DNA from: Thermodesulfobium acidiphilum
GTDB lineage: Bacteria > Thermodesulfobiota > Thermodesulfobiia > Thermodesulfobiales > Thermodesulfobiaceae
DNA length: 64,000 nucleotides
Reading direction: 5' to 3'
Assembly (NCBI RefSeq): GCF_003057965.1
Contig: NZ_CP020921.1
Span: 794,916 to 858,915 of the forward strand
In this document: one piece after another, positions 50,575-60,375 of the stretch
Numbering within the stretch: the first letter of the stretch is position 1
Layout: each line of letters opens with the position of its first letter
Position numbers and translations under genes: made by a program
The notes under the pieces: generated by a model
What the model was told of the DNA's origin: nothing
The model's database searches: none
Seen by the model: only the letters and a program-made list of their open reading frames with translations

Positions 50575-51383
50575 TTTTAGTGGCTATTGATTTAATAGTA
50601 CTATCTATCTTTTTCTCTGTTTTAAATATTTTCAAAAATAATAAAATTAATATATACCTTTCTGTTATTTTTGCTTTGCTTTGTTTTTTTGATTTAGGAA
50701 TTTACATTATAAAATTATTTTTAAGTTCACAGTTTTTTTATATTAATATTTTTATTTACGAAAAATTAATTAGTACCTTTTTATTACTTGTTTTTATATA
50801 CTTTAGCTTTAAAAAAAGCTGGAGAATTATAGCTCTATTTGTTATTTTATTCTCTTTATTTTTTCTTATCCATTCAGATATATTTGAATTTTCAAAAATA
50901 ATTGTTCTTAGTAACATTTATAACAAAAATTTCCCACATATTCTTTTGTTTTATCATTATATGTTTGCATCTATTGCTCAAACTTTATTTTTGTCTTCCT
51001 TTATAATTTCTTTCTTTTTCTTTTATGAAAGATGGAGAGTGAAACATAAAAAATTTGGTCCGTTTATAAAGCTTTTACCTTCACTACCAGAGCTTGATAA
51101 AAAGATCTTGAGCTTTATATCTTTGGGATTTTGTTTTTTAACCCTGTCAATATTTCTTGGTTTTGTAATTTTAAAAGAAACGTATAATGGTTTTTACTTA
51201 ATTGATCCAAATAATGTGCTTAATGTTGTATTATGGATAATGTTTTTAATATATATAATTATAAGGAAAAAAACTAAAATGATGACTGAAAAACTTTCAT
51301 GGTTGGTCTTAATTTCAACAATTTTAACCTTTTTATCTATTTTTCTTAGTTATTTTACCATTACATTTCATAATTTTCGGTAA
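50571..51383 (+). CDS. CcsA/HemX-like cytochrome c assembly family membrane protein
   Basis: About 8 TM; LPSLPELD, GFCFLT, DP…W, terminal H-N-F; located between hemA and hemC. Confidence 0.8.
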   Translation: MILVAIDLIVLSIFFSVLNIFKNNKINIYLSVIFALLCFFDLGIYIIKLFLSSQFFYINIFIYEKLISTFLLLVFIYFSFKKSWRIIALFVILFSLFFLIHSDIFEFSKIIVLSNIYNKNFPHILLFYHYMFASIAQTLFLSSFIISFFFFYERWRVKHKKFGPFIKLLPSLPELDKKILSFISLGFCFLTLSIFLGFVILKETYNGFYLIDPNNVLNVVLWIMFLIYIIIRKKTKMMTEKLSWLVLISTILTFLSIFLSYFTITFHNFR

Positions 51384-51395
51384 AGGAGAGAATAT

Positions 51396-52289
51396 TTGAG
51401 AGGAAAAATTATAATTGGTACTCGCGGGAGCAAGCTCGCTCTTACTCAGGCAAGATATGTAGCCAATCTTATTAATAAATTTGATAGTAATATTAAGATT
51501 GAAATAAAGATCATAAAAACTACTGGAGACAAACTGATGGTTGCGCTGCACAAAGCGCCAGAAAAAGGATTATTTGTTAAAGAAATTGAAGAGGCGCTCT
51601 TGAATAAAGAAATAGATTTAGCTGTACACAGCATGAAAGATATGCCAGCAGAAACTATAAGCGAACTAGAAATTTTCGCTGTGCCTATTAGAGAAGATCC
51701 TTCTGATGTAATTGTGCCTAGAAACAAATTAAATGTTGGGAGTTTAAAAGATATCGATTCAAACTCAGTATTTGCAACCAGTAGTCTAAGAAGGATTTCT
51801 CTTATAAATAATTTTTTGAAGTGTAAAGAAATTAAAGACATAAGGGGAAATATTGATACTAGATTAAAAAAACTTGATGAAGGTTTTTGTGATTATATTA
51901 TAATGGCAAAAGCTGCTTTAGATAGGCTTGGAATTAAAAGAAATTTTATTACACTTGATCCATTTAGCTTTGTTCCTGCTGTAGCACAGGGTGCACTTGC
52001 TATTCAGGGAAGGAAAGAGGATTTTAATAAGTTTGCTGAAATTATAAGATTTTTAGATGACTCTGATACAAGAATTTCGACAGATATTGAAAGAAGGGTT
52101 TTAAGACTGATTGGTGGTGGCTGTCAAATCCCCTTTGGCTGTTATGTCTGTCCTATTGAAAACAAATTTTTTAAAATTTCTGCTTTTATAGAAAAAGATG
52201 ATAATATAATAAGAGTTTTATTTGAAGAAGACTTTAAAAAGGATAAAAATGAGGTTGCTGATGAAATATATAAAAGACTTTTTTTCTAA
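51396..52289 (+). CDS. hemC: Hydroxymethylbilane synthase (porphobilinogen deaminase)
   Basis: GTRGSKLA, TTGD, VHSMKDMP, SSLRR, RGNIDTR, GGCQIP. Confidence 0.97.
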   Translation: MRGKIIIGTRGSKLALTQARYVANLINKFDSNIKIEIKIIKTTGDKLMVALHKAPEKGLFVKEIEEALLNKEIDLAVHSMKDMPAETISELEIFAVPIREDPSDVIVPRNKLNVGSLKDIDSNSVFATSSLRRISLINNFLKCKEIKDIRGNIDTRLKKLDEGFCDYIIMAKAALDRLGIKRNFITLDPFSFVPAVAQGALAIQGRKEDFNKFAEIIRFLDDSDTRISTDIERRVLRLIGGGCQIPFGCYVCPIENKFFKISAFIEKDDNIIRVLFEEDFKKDKNEVADEIYKRLFF

Positions 52290-53289
52290 TAAAGTTTTTA
52301 GACATCTTGTTTATTTTTTTATTTTTTTATTTTTAGTTAACTTTGTCTTTCTTAAAACAAATGCCTATTCACAGGAAAGCACTTTAAGTTTAAGACTAGG
52401 AAATGGAATGGTTATTGTTCTTGGTGAACAATCATCTTTAAGTAAAATTAAAGATTTGATTCTTACAAGTAAAAGGAAGTTTGAAACGATTCAGGATTTG
52501 GCTGATTTTATCTCCAGTGAACACATAAGTGGGATTAAAGAAATTGGATTATTTGTTTCTGATAATTTACAACCTAATGAAAATATAAAAAAGGTGTTTG
52601 ATGGAACATTAAGAGATGCCATCGAAAAGGGTGTAATACCATATTTGCCAAATAACATAAAGTTCTCTCAGGTAAGAGAATTTTTGGAAAGTTTTGGATA
52701 TAACGTTATCTTTGGCCCAGGTGTTTATCCTTTTTCTGATAAATTAAAATGTGAAGTGAAGCTTGCAAGTTATGGTCTTAAAAGTGGAAGTTATATTGAA
52801 ATTAATTGGAAAAAATATATTCCTAAAAAATTGGGTTATTTTTTGATTGCGATTGATCCAAATAATGGCAAAATTATTAGCGAAGGCAATTTTAATACCT
52901 CTTTCCATCATCAAGAGAATGCCGCTTTAGTTAATTACCTTCAATCTGTGCCAAAAAATGCCTTTTTGCTTGGTGTAATAAATATAGAAGCTATGAGGAA
53001 AATGGATAGTGATTCATATACACTTCTAAATCAAATGGGATTACATTTAGTTCCTTTTGGATACTATGGATATAGCCATGCATTTATTTTGGATGTAAAA
53101 GAAAAAAAAGCGCTGGAAGAAAGATCTTCAACTATATCAGAACTATATTATGTTCCTCCAGAGAAATTGGATGAATCAAGTTTTATTAGATTAATTAATA
53201 AAAAACCACTTCCAACAATTTATCTTGACGGTTTAAGCCCTGATTCAAAAGTTTTAGTTTTTTCACTGCCGCAAAATAGGAGGTTTTGA
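52261..53289 (+). CDS. Exported/membrane-anchored protein with ILEI (PANDER/GG-type lectin)-like domain
   Basis: N-terminal hydrophobic segment; GYFLIAIDPNNGKII…FNT…LVNYLQSVP…LG…YSHAFI resembles ILEI. ATG 52261 follows GAGG. Confidence 0.65.
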   Translation: MKYIKDFFSNKVFRHLVYFFIFLFLVNFVFLKTNAYSQESTLSLRLGNGMVIVLGEQSSLSKIKDLILTSKRKFETIQDLADFISSEHISGIKEIGLFVSDNLQPNENIKKVFDGTLRDAIEKGVIPYLPNNIKFSQVREFLESFGYNVIFGPGVYPFSDKLKCEVKLASYGLKSGSYIEINWKKYIPKKLGYFLIAIDPNNGKIISEGNFNTSFHHQENAALVNYLQSVPKNAFLLGVINIEAMRKMDSDSYTLLNQMGLHLVPFGYYGYSHAFILDVKEKKALEERSSTISELYYVPPEKLDESSFIRLINKKPLPTIYLDGLSPDSKVLVFSLPQNRRF

Positions 53290-55469
53290 TGTCTGAGAGT
53301 AAGAAAAAAGTAATGATTGTTGAGTCGCCATCTAAAACAAAAACTCTTTCTAAAATACTTGGCAAGTCTTTAAAAATTTTAGCGTCAAAGGGTCACGTTC
53401 GTGACTTACCAAAAACAAGGCTTGGCATTGATATAGATAATAATTTTGATCCTACTTTTAGGATTATGAAAGAAAAAAGCAAGCTTATAGAAGATTTAAG
53501 AAAAGAGGTAAAGGATGCAAAAATAGTTTATCTTGCTCCAGATCCTGATAGAGAAGGCGAAGCAATTGCATGGCATTTAAAAGAAGTGCTTAAGTTAAAA
53601 GATGGTCAGTACAAAAGGGTATATTTTAATGAAATTACTGAAAAAGCTGTTAAAGAAGCAATGAGGCAACCAAGAGATTTAGATACAAAACTTATTGAGG
53701 CACAAAAAGCAAGAAGAATTTTAGATAGAATAATTGGTTATAAAATATCTCCGTTCCTGTGGAAAACTCTCCAAAGGGGACTTTCTGCTGGCAGAGTTCA
53801 GTCGGTTGCGCTAAGAATGGTGGTTGAGAGAGAAAGAGAAATAAGAGATTTTGAAGTTAAAAAGTATTATACCTTTCAGATTAAATGCCTAGATGACAAT
53901 AATAAAGAGTTTACTTTAAAGTTATGTGACAAAAAATATAATCCAATAAAATTTTTTGATGAAGATGAGGCTAATGAGGTTCTTAAAAAATTAGAAGGTG
54001 CAAAACTTGCTATAAAAAGCCTAGAAATTAAGGAAAAGAAAAAGAATTCACCATTTCCCTTCATTACCAGTACCCTTCAACAGGAAGCACAAAAAAAACA
54101 CGGGTTTAGCTTAAAGAAAACAATGAAATTGGCGCAGTCACTATATGAAGGTCTTCAGATTGGTCCTGAGGGAAGTACTGGATTGATTACATACATGAGA
54201 ACAGATTCCTTCAACGTTTCTCTTGAGGCACAGGAAAATGCAAAGGAGCTAATTGTAAAACTATTTGGTGAAGACTTTTACAAAAAATATCATCCAAAAA
54301 AGAATAAAAGCAGTCAGGAAGCACATGAAGCTATAAGGCCTACATCAGTTTTTAGATTACCAGATGAAATAAAGCAGTATCTTGGCAAAGAATATTATCT
54401 TTTATATGATCTTATCTGGAAAAGATTCATGGCAAGCCAGATGGCGAATGCTGTTTATGATGCGCTCGAGATCAAAGGTGAAGCCGAAAATTATAATTTT
54501 TTTGCTAGATTTTTAAATTTAAAATTTCCTGGATATATGGTTTTGTGGGATGAAGAAAAAGAAACTGATGAAAATGATGAAGTTTTCCCTAAATTAACTG
54601 AAGGTAAACTTTATGAAATAGTTTCTATTGATAAAATTGAAGGATTTCTTTCTCCGCCTCCTAGATACACTGAGGCTACCCTTGTAAAAAGATTAGAAGA
54701 GCTTGGAATTGGAAGACCTTCTACATATGCTCCAACTATTATTACTCTTCAAGAGAGAAATTATGTCAAAAAAGAGGGGAAGGTTTTAATTCCTACAAAA
54801 ATTGGCGAAGAAGTAACAGATATACTGGTAAAATATTTTCCTGACATTGTTGATTATGAATTTACTGCAAAAATGGAAAGCGATCTGGATAAGATATTTA
54901 ATGAAGAAGATAGAATAAAACTCCTAAAGGATTTTTACCAGCCGTTTGAAATGAGTCTTCATAATTTTGAAGAGAATTCAATTGAAATTCTTAACTCTTT
55001 GGTTTCTGAGAAAAAATGCCCATTATGTGGTTCTGACATGAAATTAAGAATTAGTAAATTTGGCAGATTTTACTCATGTTCAAGATATCCTGAGTGTAAA
55101 GGTAAATTACCCTTTGAGGATTCTTCTAATAGTGAAAAAAATAATAATGAAGAAAATTTGAATAAAAACGAGGATGATGCTAAAGAATCGGATGTTGAGT
55201 GTCCAATATGCGGTAGTAAAATGGTTGAGAAAAGAAGCAAATTTGGAAGGTTTTTAGCCTGTTCAAGATATCCAGAGTGTAAAGGCACCCTGCCTTATGG
55301 GAAAAGGGTCGAACAAAGGTGCCCAAATTGCGGTGGTCAATTAATTAGGACATTTAGTAAAAAAGGTAAACCTTATTATAAGTGTGTAAATAAAGATTGT
55401 AATTATTATAGTTTCAAGTTACCGAATAATGGTAAAAATCATAAGGTTGAAAAATCTACAAAGGAATAG
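53289..55469 (+). CDS. topA: DNA topoisomerase I with three C-terminal Zn ribbons
   Basis: IVESPSK, DPDREGE, SAGRVQ, ITYMRTDS, QEAHEAIRPT, GIGRPSTY. Confidence 0.98.
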   Translation: MSESKKKVMIVESPSKTKTLSKILGKSLKILASKGHVRDLPKTRLGIDIDNNFDPTFRIMKEKSKLIEDLRKEVKDAKIVYLAPDPDREGEAIAWHLKEVLKLKDGQYKRVYFNEITEKAVKEAMRQPRDLDTKLIEAQKARRILDRIIGYKISPFLWKTLQRGLSAGRVQSVALRMVVEREREIRDFEVKKYYTFQIKCLDDNNKEFTLKLCDKKYNPIKFFDEDEANEVLKKLEGAKLAIKSLEIKEKKKNSPFPFITSTLQQEAQKKHGFSLKKTMKLAQSLYEGLQIGPEGSTGLITYMRTDSFNVSLEAQENAKELIVKLFGEDFYKKYHPKKNKSSQEAHEAIRPTSVFRLPDEIKQYLGKEYYLLYDLIWKRFMASQMANAVYDALEIKGEAENYNFFARFLNLKFPGYMVLWDEEKETDENDEVFPKLTEGKLYEIVSIDKIEGFLSPPPRYTEATLVKRLEELGIGRPSTYAPTIITLQERNYVKKEGKVLIPTKIGEEVTDILVKYFPDIVDYEFTAKMESDLDKIFNEEDRIKLLKDFYQPFEMSLHNFEENSIEILNSLVSEKKCPLCGSDMKLRISKFGRFYSCSRYPECKGKLPFEDSSNSEKNNNEENLNKNEDDAKESDVECPICGSKMVEKRSKFGRFLACSRYPECKGTLPYGKRVEQRCPNCGGQLIRTFSKKGKPYYKCVNKDCNYYSFKLPNNGKNHKVEKSTKE

Positions 55470-55472
55470 AAA

Positions 55473-56810
55473 ATGTATTTTAATAAAGAAAAAGACAGAA
55501 TAAACATAATAGGTGCAGGATTGGCCGGAAGCGAAGCGGCTCTTTTTTTGCTTGAGAGAGGATATTTATTAAACATTTATGAAATGAGGCCGAAAGTTAA
55601 GACCCCTGTTCATAAAACAGATTTATTTGCAGAACTTGTATGTAGTAATTCATTGGGAAATAAAAGTGTTTTTTCAGCTTCAGGTTTGCTTAAAGAAGAA
55701 ATTAGAATCCTAGGATCCACTCTAATAAAATTAGCTGAAATTTCTTCAGTAGAGGCAGGACAAGCGCTTGCAGTTGACAGAGAAGAGTTTTCCAGGCGAG
55801 TTACTGATAAGATAATCTCTTATCCAAATGTTAGTGTTATTAGGGAAGAAGTAAGAGAAATTCCAGAAAACACTTTTACTATAGTGGCAACTGGGCCTTT
55901 AACATCTGAAAATTTATTTAAATATTTTCAAAAATTTTTGGATAGCAAAGATTTGTATTTTTATGATGCTACATCGCCTATTATAAGGTATGATTCTATC
56001 GATTTAAATTTTGCATTCTGGGCAAACAGATATAATAAGGGAGATAGTGCGTATTTAAATTGTCCAATGTCAGAAGAAGAATACAATATTTTTTATGAAG
56101 AACTGACAAAAGCTGATAGTATAAGAAGTCATTTTCCGGATGAGGAAAAATATTTTGAAGGTTGTATGCCAATAGAAGAATTGGCTAGGAGAGGTAGAAA
56201 TACACTTTTGTATGGTCCATTAAAGCCAAAAGGGTTAAAAGATCCAAGAACAAATAAAGAACCATATTGTGTGGTTCAGCTCAGGTCTGAAAATAAAGAT
56301 AAAACATTATTTAACATGGTTGGATTTCAAACAAGGCTTCCTTTTAAAGAGCAAGATAGGATATTCAGATTTATTCCAGCTCTAAAAAATGCTGAATTTG
56401 TAAGGTATGGAGTAATGCATAAAAATATTTACTTTAATTCTTCCTCGTTAATTAAAGAAAATTTAGAATCAAAAAAAATCAACAATCTTTTTTTTGCAGG
56501 CCAGATCATTGGGACAGAAGGTTATATTGAGGCGATTGCAACAGGATTACTGGCTGCAATAAATTTACACCTAAAAATTCAGGGAAAATCTTATCTTATT
56601 TTACCAAGAACCACAATGTTAGGTTCTTTGATAAATCATATTATTAATGTTTCAGCCGAAAAACCTGCTCCAATGAATGCGTCATTTGGTTTATTGCCAC
56701 CTCTTTTTGAGAAGATGAACAAGAAAAGAAGATATGAAGAGTATGCAAAGAGGTCTTTACGTGAATTAAATAAATATCTCTCTGATTTCAAATACTATTA
56801 TGAAAATTAG
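55473..56810 (+). CDS. trmFO: Folate/FAD-dependent tRNA m5U54 methyltransferase
   Basis: GAGLAGSEAA, ELVCSNS, YFEGCMPIE, VGFQT, RYGVMH. Confidence 0.96.
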   Translation: MYFNKEKDRINIIGAGLAGSEAALFLLERGYLLNIYEMRPKVKTPVHKTDLFAELVCSNSLGNKSVFSASGLLKEEIRILGSTLIKLAEISSVEAGQALAVDREEFSRRVTDKIISYPNVSVIREEVREIPENTFTIVATGPLTSENLFKYFQKFLDSKDLYFYDATSPIIRYDSIDLNFAFWANRYNKGDSAYLNCPMSEEEYNIFYEELTKADSIRSHFPDEEKYFEGCMPIEELARRGRNTLLYGPLKPKGLKDPRTNKEPYCVVQLRSENKDKTLFNMVGFQTRLPFKEQDRIFRFIPALKNAEFVRYGVMHKNIYFNSSSLIKENLESKKINNLFFAGQIIGTEGYIEAIATGLLAAINLHLKIQGKSYLILPRTTMLGSLINHIINVSAEKPAPMNASFGLLPPLFEKMNKKRRYEEYAKRSLRELNKYLSDFKYYYEN

Positions 56811-57696
56811 GAAAAATCAGATTTTTGATTTTTTGGATTATTTACAGTTTAGTAAACTATGCTCTAATAATACTATTAGAGCATATAGGAGCGACCTTAT
56901 TAACTGGTTTGGATTTTTAAAGAATTCAAAAAATAATTTAAATGAACTTGAAATAATAAAGTTAACTTACGATTGGTTAATAAAGGATCAGAATTCAAAG
57001 TTACTAAAAAAAACTTCTATTTCAAGAAAAATTTCTGCAATTAAATCATTTTTAGATTATCTTTATAAGATTGACGTTATAGAGAACAAATTATCTTTGA
57101 CTTTAAAAAATCCAAAAAAAGATAGAATGTTGCCAAAGTATTTAAATTCTTCAGATATAGCTGATGTGATTAGCAAAAATTTTACTTCCAATAACTTTTA
57201 CAATATTAGAAATTCTCTTATTATTCTTTTACTATTCAACACAGGCATAAGAATAAGTGAATTAGAAAATATTAAGATAGAAGATATAAATTTTGATAGA
57301 AATGAAATTAGGATAATTGGGAAAGGAAACAAAGAGAGAATTGTCTTTTTTACAAATTTTACAAAGGATTTCTTAAAAAAATACATTAATGAAAGACAAA
57401 AACTAAAAACAAATTGCCAATATCTTCTCCTTTCGAGGTTAAAGAACAAAATTAGCGAGAGAATGATTAGATATATTGTATCTAATATCTGGGAAACCCA
57501 AACCGGGAAAAGGATTACGCCACACCAGCTTAGGCACTCTTTAGCAACCTTTTTACTCAATCAAGGAGTAGAATTAAAATATATTCAAGAAATTTTGGGT
57601 CATGAAAATATTAATACTACAAATATTTATGCTAAATTAACTGAAAAAACTATAAAAACAGAATACTACAAATCACTAGATAAATTAGAAAAGTAA
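56800..57696 (+). CDS. xerC: Tyrosine recombinase XerC-like
   Basis: TGIRISE, GKGNKER, HQLRHS, LGH…IY; topA-trmFO-xerC synteny. Confidence 0.85.
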   Translation: MKIRKNQIFDFLDYLQFSKLCSNNTIRAYRSDLINWFGFLKNSKNNLNELEIIKLTYDWLIKDQNSKLLKKTSISRKISAIKSFLDYLYKIDVIENKLSLTLKNPKKDRMLPKYLNSSDIADVISKNFTSNNFYNIRNSLIILLLFNTGIRISELENIKIEDINFDRNEIRIIGKGNKERIVFFTNFTKDFLKKYINERQKLKTNCQYLLLSRLKNKISERMIRYIVSNIWETQTGKRITPHQLRHSLATFLLNQGVELKYIQEILGHENINTTNIYAKLTEKTIKTEYYKSLDKLEK

Positions 57697-57708
57697 AATT
57701 CGAGAGGA

Positions 57709-58443
57709 GTGTTAAAAATTAGGCTTGATAAGACGAGAAAAAATGATGAATTAAGACATATTGAAATTATTAAAGATTTTTTGATTTATCCTGAAGGGAG
57801 TGTTTTGATCTCTTTTGGTAATACAAAAGTTATTTGTAATGCTTCAGTTGAAGATAAAGTACCACCCTTTTTAAAGGGTTCTGGTAGCGGATGGATTACC
57901 AGCGAGTATAGCATGATACCCCGTGCTACTCAAGATAGAAATGTTAGAGAGAGCACTTCTGGTAAAGTTTCTGGTAGAAATCAAGAAATTCAAAGAATAA
58001 TAGGTAGGTCACTAAGAAGCGCTGTAGATCTAAGCCTTCTTGGTGAAAGAACAATATATATAGATGCAGAAGTAATACAAGCTGATGCAGGAACAAGGTG
58101 TGCGAGTATAACAGGTGGTTTTGTTGCTCTTGTGCTTGCATTAAGGAAATTAAAAGAATATGGACTAATAAAAGCTAGTCCACTGAAATATTATGTTGCT
58201 GCTGTTTCTGTAGCAATTTTAAACGATGAAGTTATATTAGATCCAAATTTTGAGGAAGACGTTGTTGCTGATGTAGATCTTAATATAATTGCTAACGAAA
58301 ATAGAGAAATTATAGAAATTCAAGGAACTGCAGAAAAAAAACCATTTTCCAAAGAAAAATTAAATGAGATACTTTATATTGCTTATATTGGGATAGAAAA
58401 GATAATAGCTATACAAAAAAAAGTGTTAAAGCTTACACGTTAA
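57709..58443 (+). CDS. rph: Ribonuclease PH
   Basis: GWITSEYSMIP, EIQRIIGRSLR, QADAGTRCASITG, EIQGTAE. Confidence 0.97.
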   Translation: MLKIRLDKTRKNDELRHIEIIKDFLIYPEGSVLISFGNTKVICNASVEDKVPPFLKGSGSGWITSEYSMIPRATQDRNVRESTSGKVSGRNQEIQRIIGRSLRSAVDLSLLGERTIYIDAEVIQADAGTRCASITGGFVALVLALRKLKEYGLIKASPLKYYVAAVSVAILNDEVILDPNFEEDVVADVDLNIIANENREIIEIQGTAEKKPFSKEKLNEILYIAYIGIEKIIAIQKKVLKLTR

Positions 58444-58456
58444 AATTGAAATTGAG

Positions 58457-59077
58457 GTGCCAATGATGAAAATCAAGGCTCTAAGCGTGGGGTTTATTGG
58501 TGCGAACTGTTATATTATTGACTTTGATGACAACAATATAGCTCTCATAGATCCTGGTGACGAAGGCGAAAGAATTTCAAGAGAATTTGATGGCAAAAAA
58601 TTAAAGTGGATTCTTTTGACTCACGGGCACGCAGATCATATTATGGCTGTAAATATGTTAAAAGAAAAATTTAATCCTAAAATTATTGTATCTATCAATG
58701 AAAAAGAGATTATTGAGAATCCTGAACTTAACCTTTCAAAGCAGTTTGGGATACCTTGTAGTGTCAAAGCTGATCTGTATGTTCAAGAAGGTATAATTAA
58801 ACTAGATAGTCATAAAGTAAGAGTGCTTGAAACTCCTGGACATACTCCTGGATCTGTTATTTATATAATTGAAAATTACATGTTTACGGGAGATACTCTT
58901 TTTAAGGACTCTATTGGTAGAATGGATTTGCCTGGTGGGGATAAGGCTTTGATGAAGAAAACCTTAAGAAGACTATCTGAAATAGAAGTTGATTATACTG
59001 TATTGCCAGGGCATGGACCATCAACTTCTTTGAAACGTGAACAAAAAAATAATCCTTACTTTATTTCATTTCTATAG
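58457..59077 (+). CDS. MBL-fold metallohydrolase (glyoxalase II-like)
   Basis: THGHADH, TPGHTPG, FTGDTLF, PGHG. Confidence 0.93.
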   Translation: MPMMKIKALSVGFIGANCYIIDFDDNNIALIDPGDEGERISREFDGKKLKWILLTHGHADHIMAVNMLKEKFNPKIIVSINEKEIIENPELNLSKQFGIPCSVKADLYVQEGIIKLDSHKVRVLETPGHTPGSVIYIIENYMFTGDTLFKDSIGRMDLPGGDKALMKKTLRRLSEIEVDYTVLPGHGPSTSLKREQKNNPYFISFL

Positions 59078-59110
59078 TGTTGAAAAGTATATTTGGGGGT
59101 TATAGAAAGT

Positions 59111-60313
59111 ATGATTAAATTTTTAAAGCTATCATCTTTTCAAAAAGCTTTAAACTTTTGCGATCTTTTTTCCCCTATAGAAGATTGTGAAGAATTAAAT
59201 GTTTTTGAATTGAATAATAGAGTCTCCTTTGAAGATGTTTTTTCAAAATTTTCTCTACCATTATCAAATCGCTCAAGTGTTGATGGTTTTGCGGTTTTTT
59301 CTGAAGAAACCTTTGGTGCAAGTGAAAACACTCCTGTGTTATTAAAGCTTCTAGGAGAGCAAAGGGTAAATGATTCTCCCATAGATATTGAAAAGGGGGG
59401 ATGTGTAAGGGTTGCTACTGGAAGTTCACTTCCAGGTAATTCTGATGGTGTTGTAATGATTGAACATGCAAAAGTTTCTGGTGACTTTGTTGAAATATAT
59501 AAACCAATTTCTTATTTTGAAAACGTATTAAAAAAGGGCGAAGACTTTATGGAAGGAAGTGTTCTTATAAATAAGGGAAAAAGGATTAATTTTAGAGATA
59601 GTGCCCTTTTGGCTGCAGCTGGTTTTGAAAAAGTAAAAGTTTATAGAAAACCTCGAGTGGCAATAATTTCTACAGGTGATGAAATAATTCCTTATAAAGA
59701 AGAGATATCAATTTCTAAAGTATATGATGCTAATGGGCCATTAATTGTTAATGGAATAAAAAATTATGCAGAGGCGCTTTTTTTTGGAATTGTAAAAGAC
59801 AGCAAAAAAGATCTTGAAGAAAAGTTTGAGTATGCATTAGAAAATTGTGATTGTATATTTATTTCTGGGGGAAGTTCAGTTGGTGAAAGAGATTATATTG
59901 AGGAGGTAATAAAAAATTTTGGAGAAATTATTCATCATGGTTTTCTTGTAAAGCCTGGAAAGCCACTCTTACTTGGAAAGAAAAATAATATTCCAATCAT
60001 AGGCTTTCCTGGTCATCCATTACCTGTAATGATTCATCTTAATCTTGTTGGAATTTCGGTTTTAAAAAAACTTGGTGGAGATAAGAATTGCTATCCGAAA
60101 TCGGATAAAGGAATTTTGGGTGAACCTGTTTTTTCTGTTCCTGGCAGAGTTGATTTGGTTATGGGTTATAGAAAAAACAATTTTATAATTCCTTTATTAA
60201 GTAAGTCTGATTATATATCTTTAGCTACTAAATCAGAATTTATAATAAAAATACCTGAGGATAGAGAAATTATTTTAGAAGGCGAAGAAGTAGAAATCTA
60301 TCTTTGGGACTAA
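59111..60313 (+). CDS. moeA: Molybdopterin molybdotransferase MoeA
   Basis: SSVDGFAV, ATG, STGDE, SGGSSVGERD, KPGKP, PGHP. Confidence 0.93.
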   Translation: MIKFLKLSSFQKALNFCDLFSPIEDCEELNVFELNNRVSFEDVFSKFSLPLSNRSSVDGFAVFSEETFGASENTPVLLKLLGEQRVNDSPIDIEKGGCVRVATGSSLPGNSDGVVMIEHAKVSGDFVEIYKPISYFENVLKKGEDFMEGSVLINKGKRINFRDSALLAAAGFEKVKVYRKPRVAIISTGDEIIPYKEEISISKVYDANGPLIVNGIKNYAEALFFGIVKDSKKDLEEKFEYALENCDCIFISGGSSVGERDYIEEVIKNFGEIIHHGFLVKPGKPLLLGKKNNIPIIGFPGHPLPVMIHLNLVGISVLKKLGGDKNCYPKSDKGILGEPVFSVPGRVDLVMGYRKNNFIIPLLSKSDYISLATKSEFIIKIPEDREIILEGEEVEIYLWD

Positions 60314-60375
60314 TTTAAGAGTTTTTTAGAATAATTATTAATAATATTTAATTTTATTATTTGAGGGGTGTTAAT

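Noticed and set aside
55015-55290. Near-identical DNA repeats (TGTTCAAGATATCCnGAGTGTAAAGG)
   Set aside because: They encode the normal duplicated Zn-ribbon domains of TopA.
56800-57696. Tyrosine recombinase as a prophage or island integrase
   Set aside because: It sits in the conserved topA-trmFO-xerC context with housekeeping neighbours and no att sites or phage genes.
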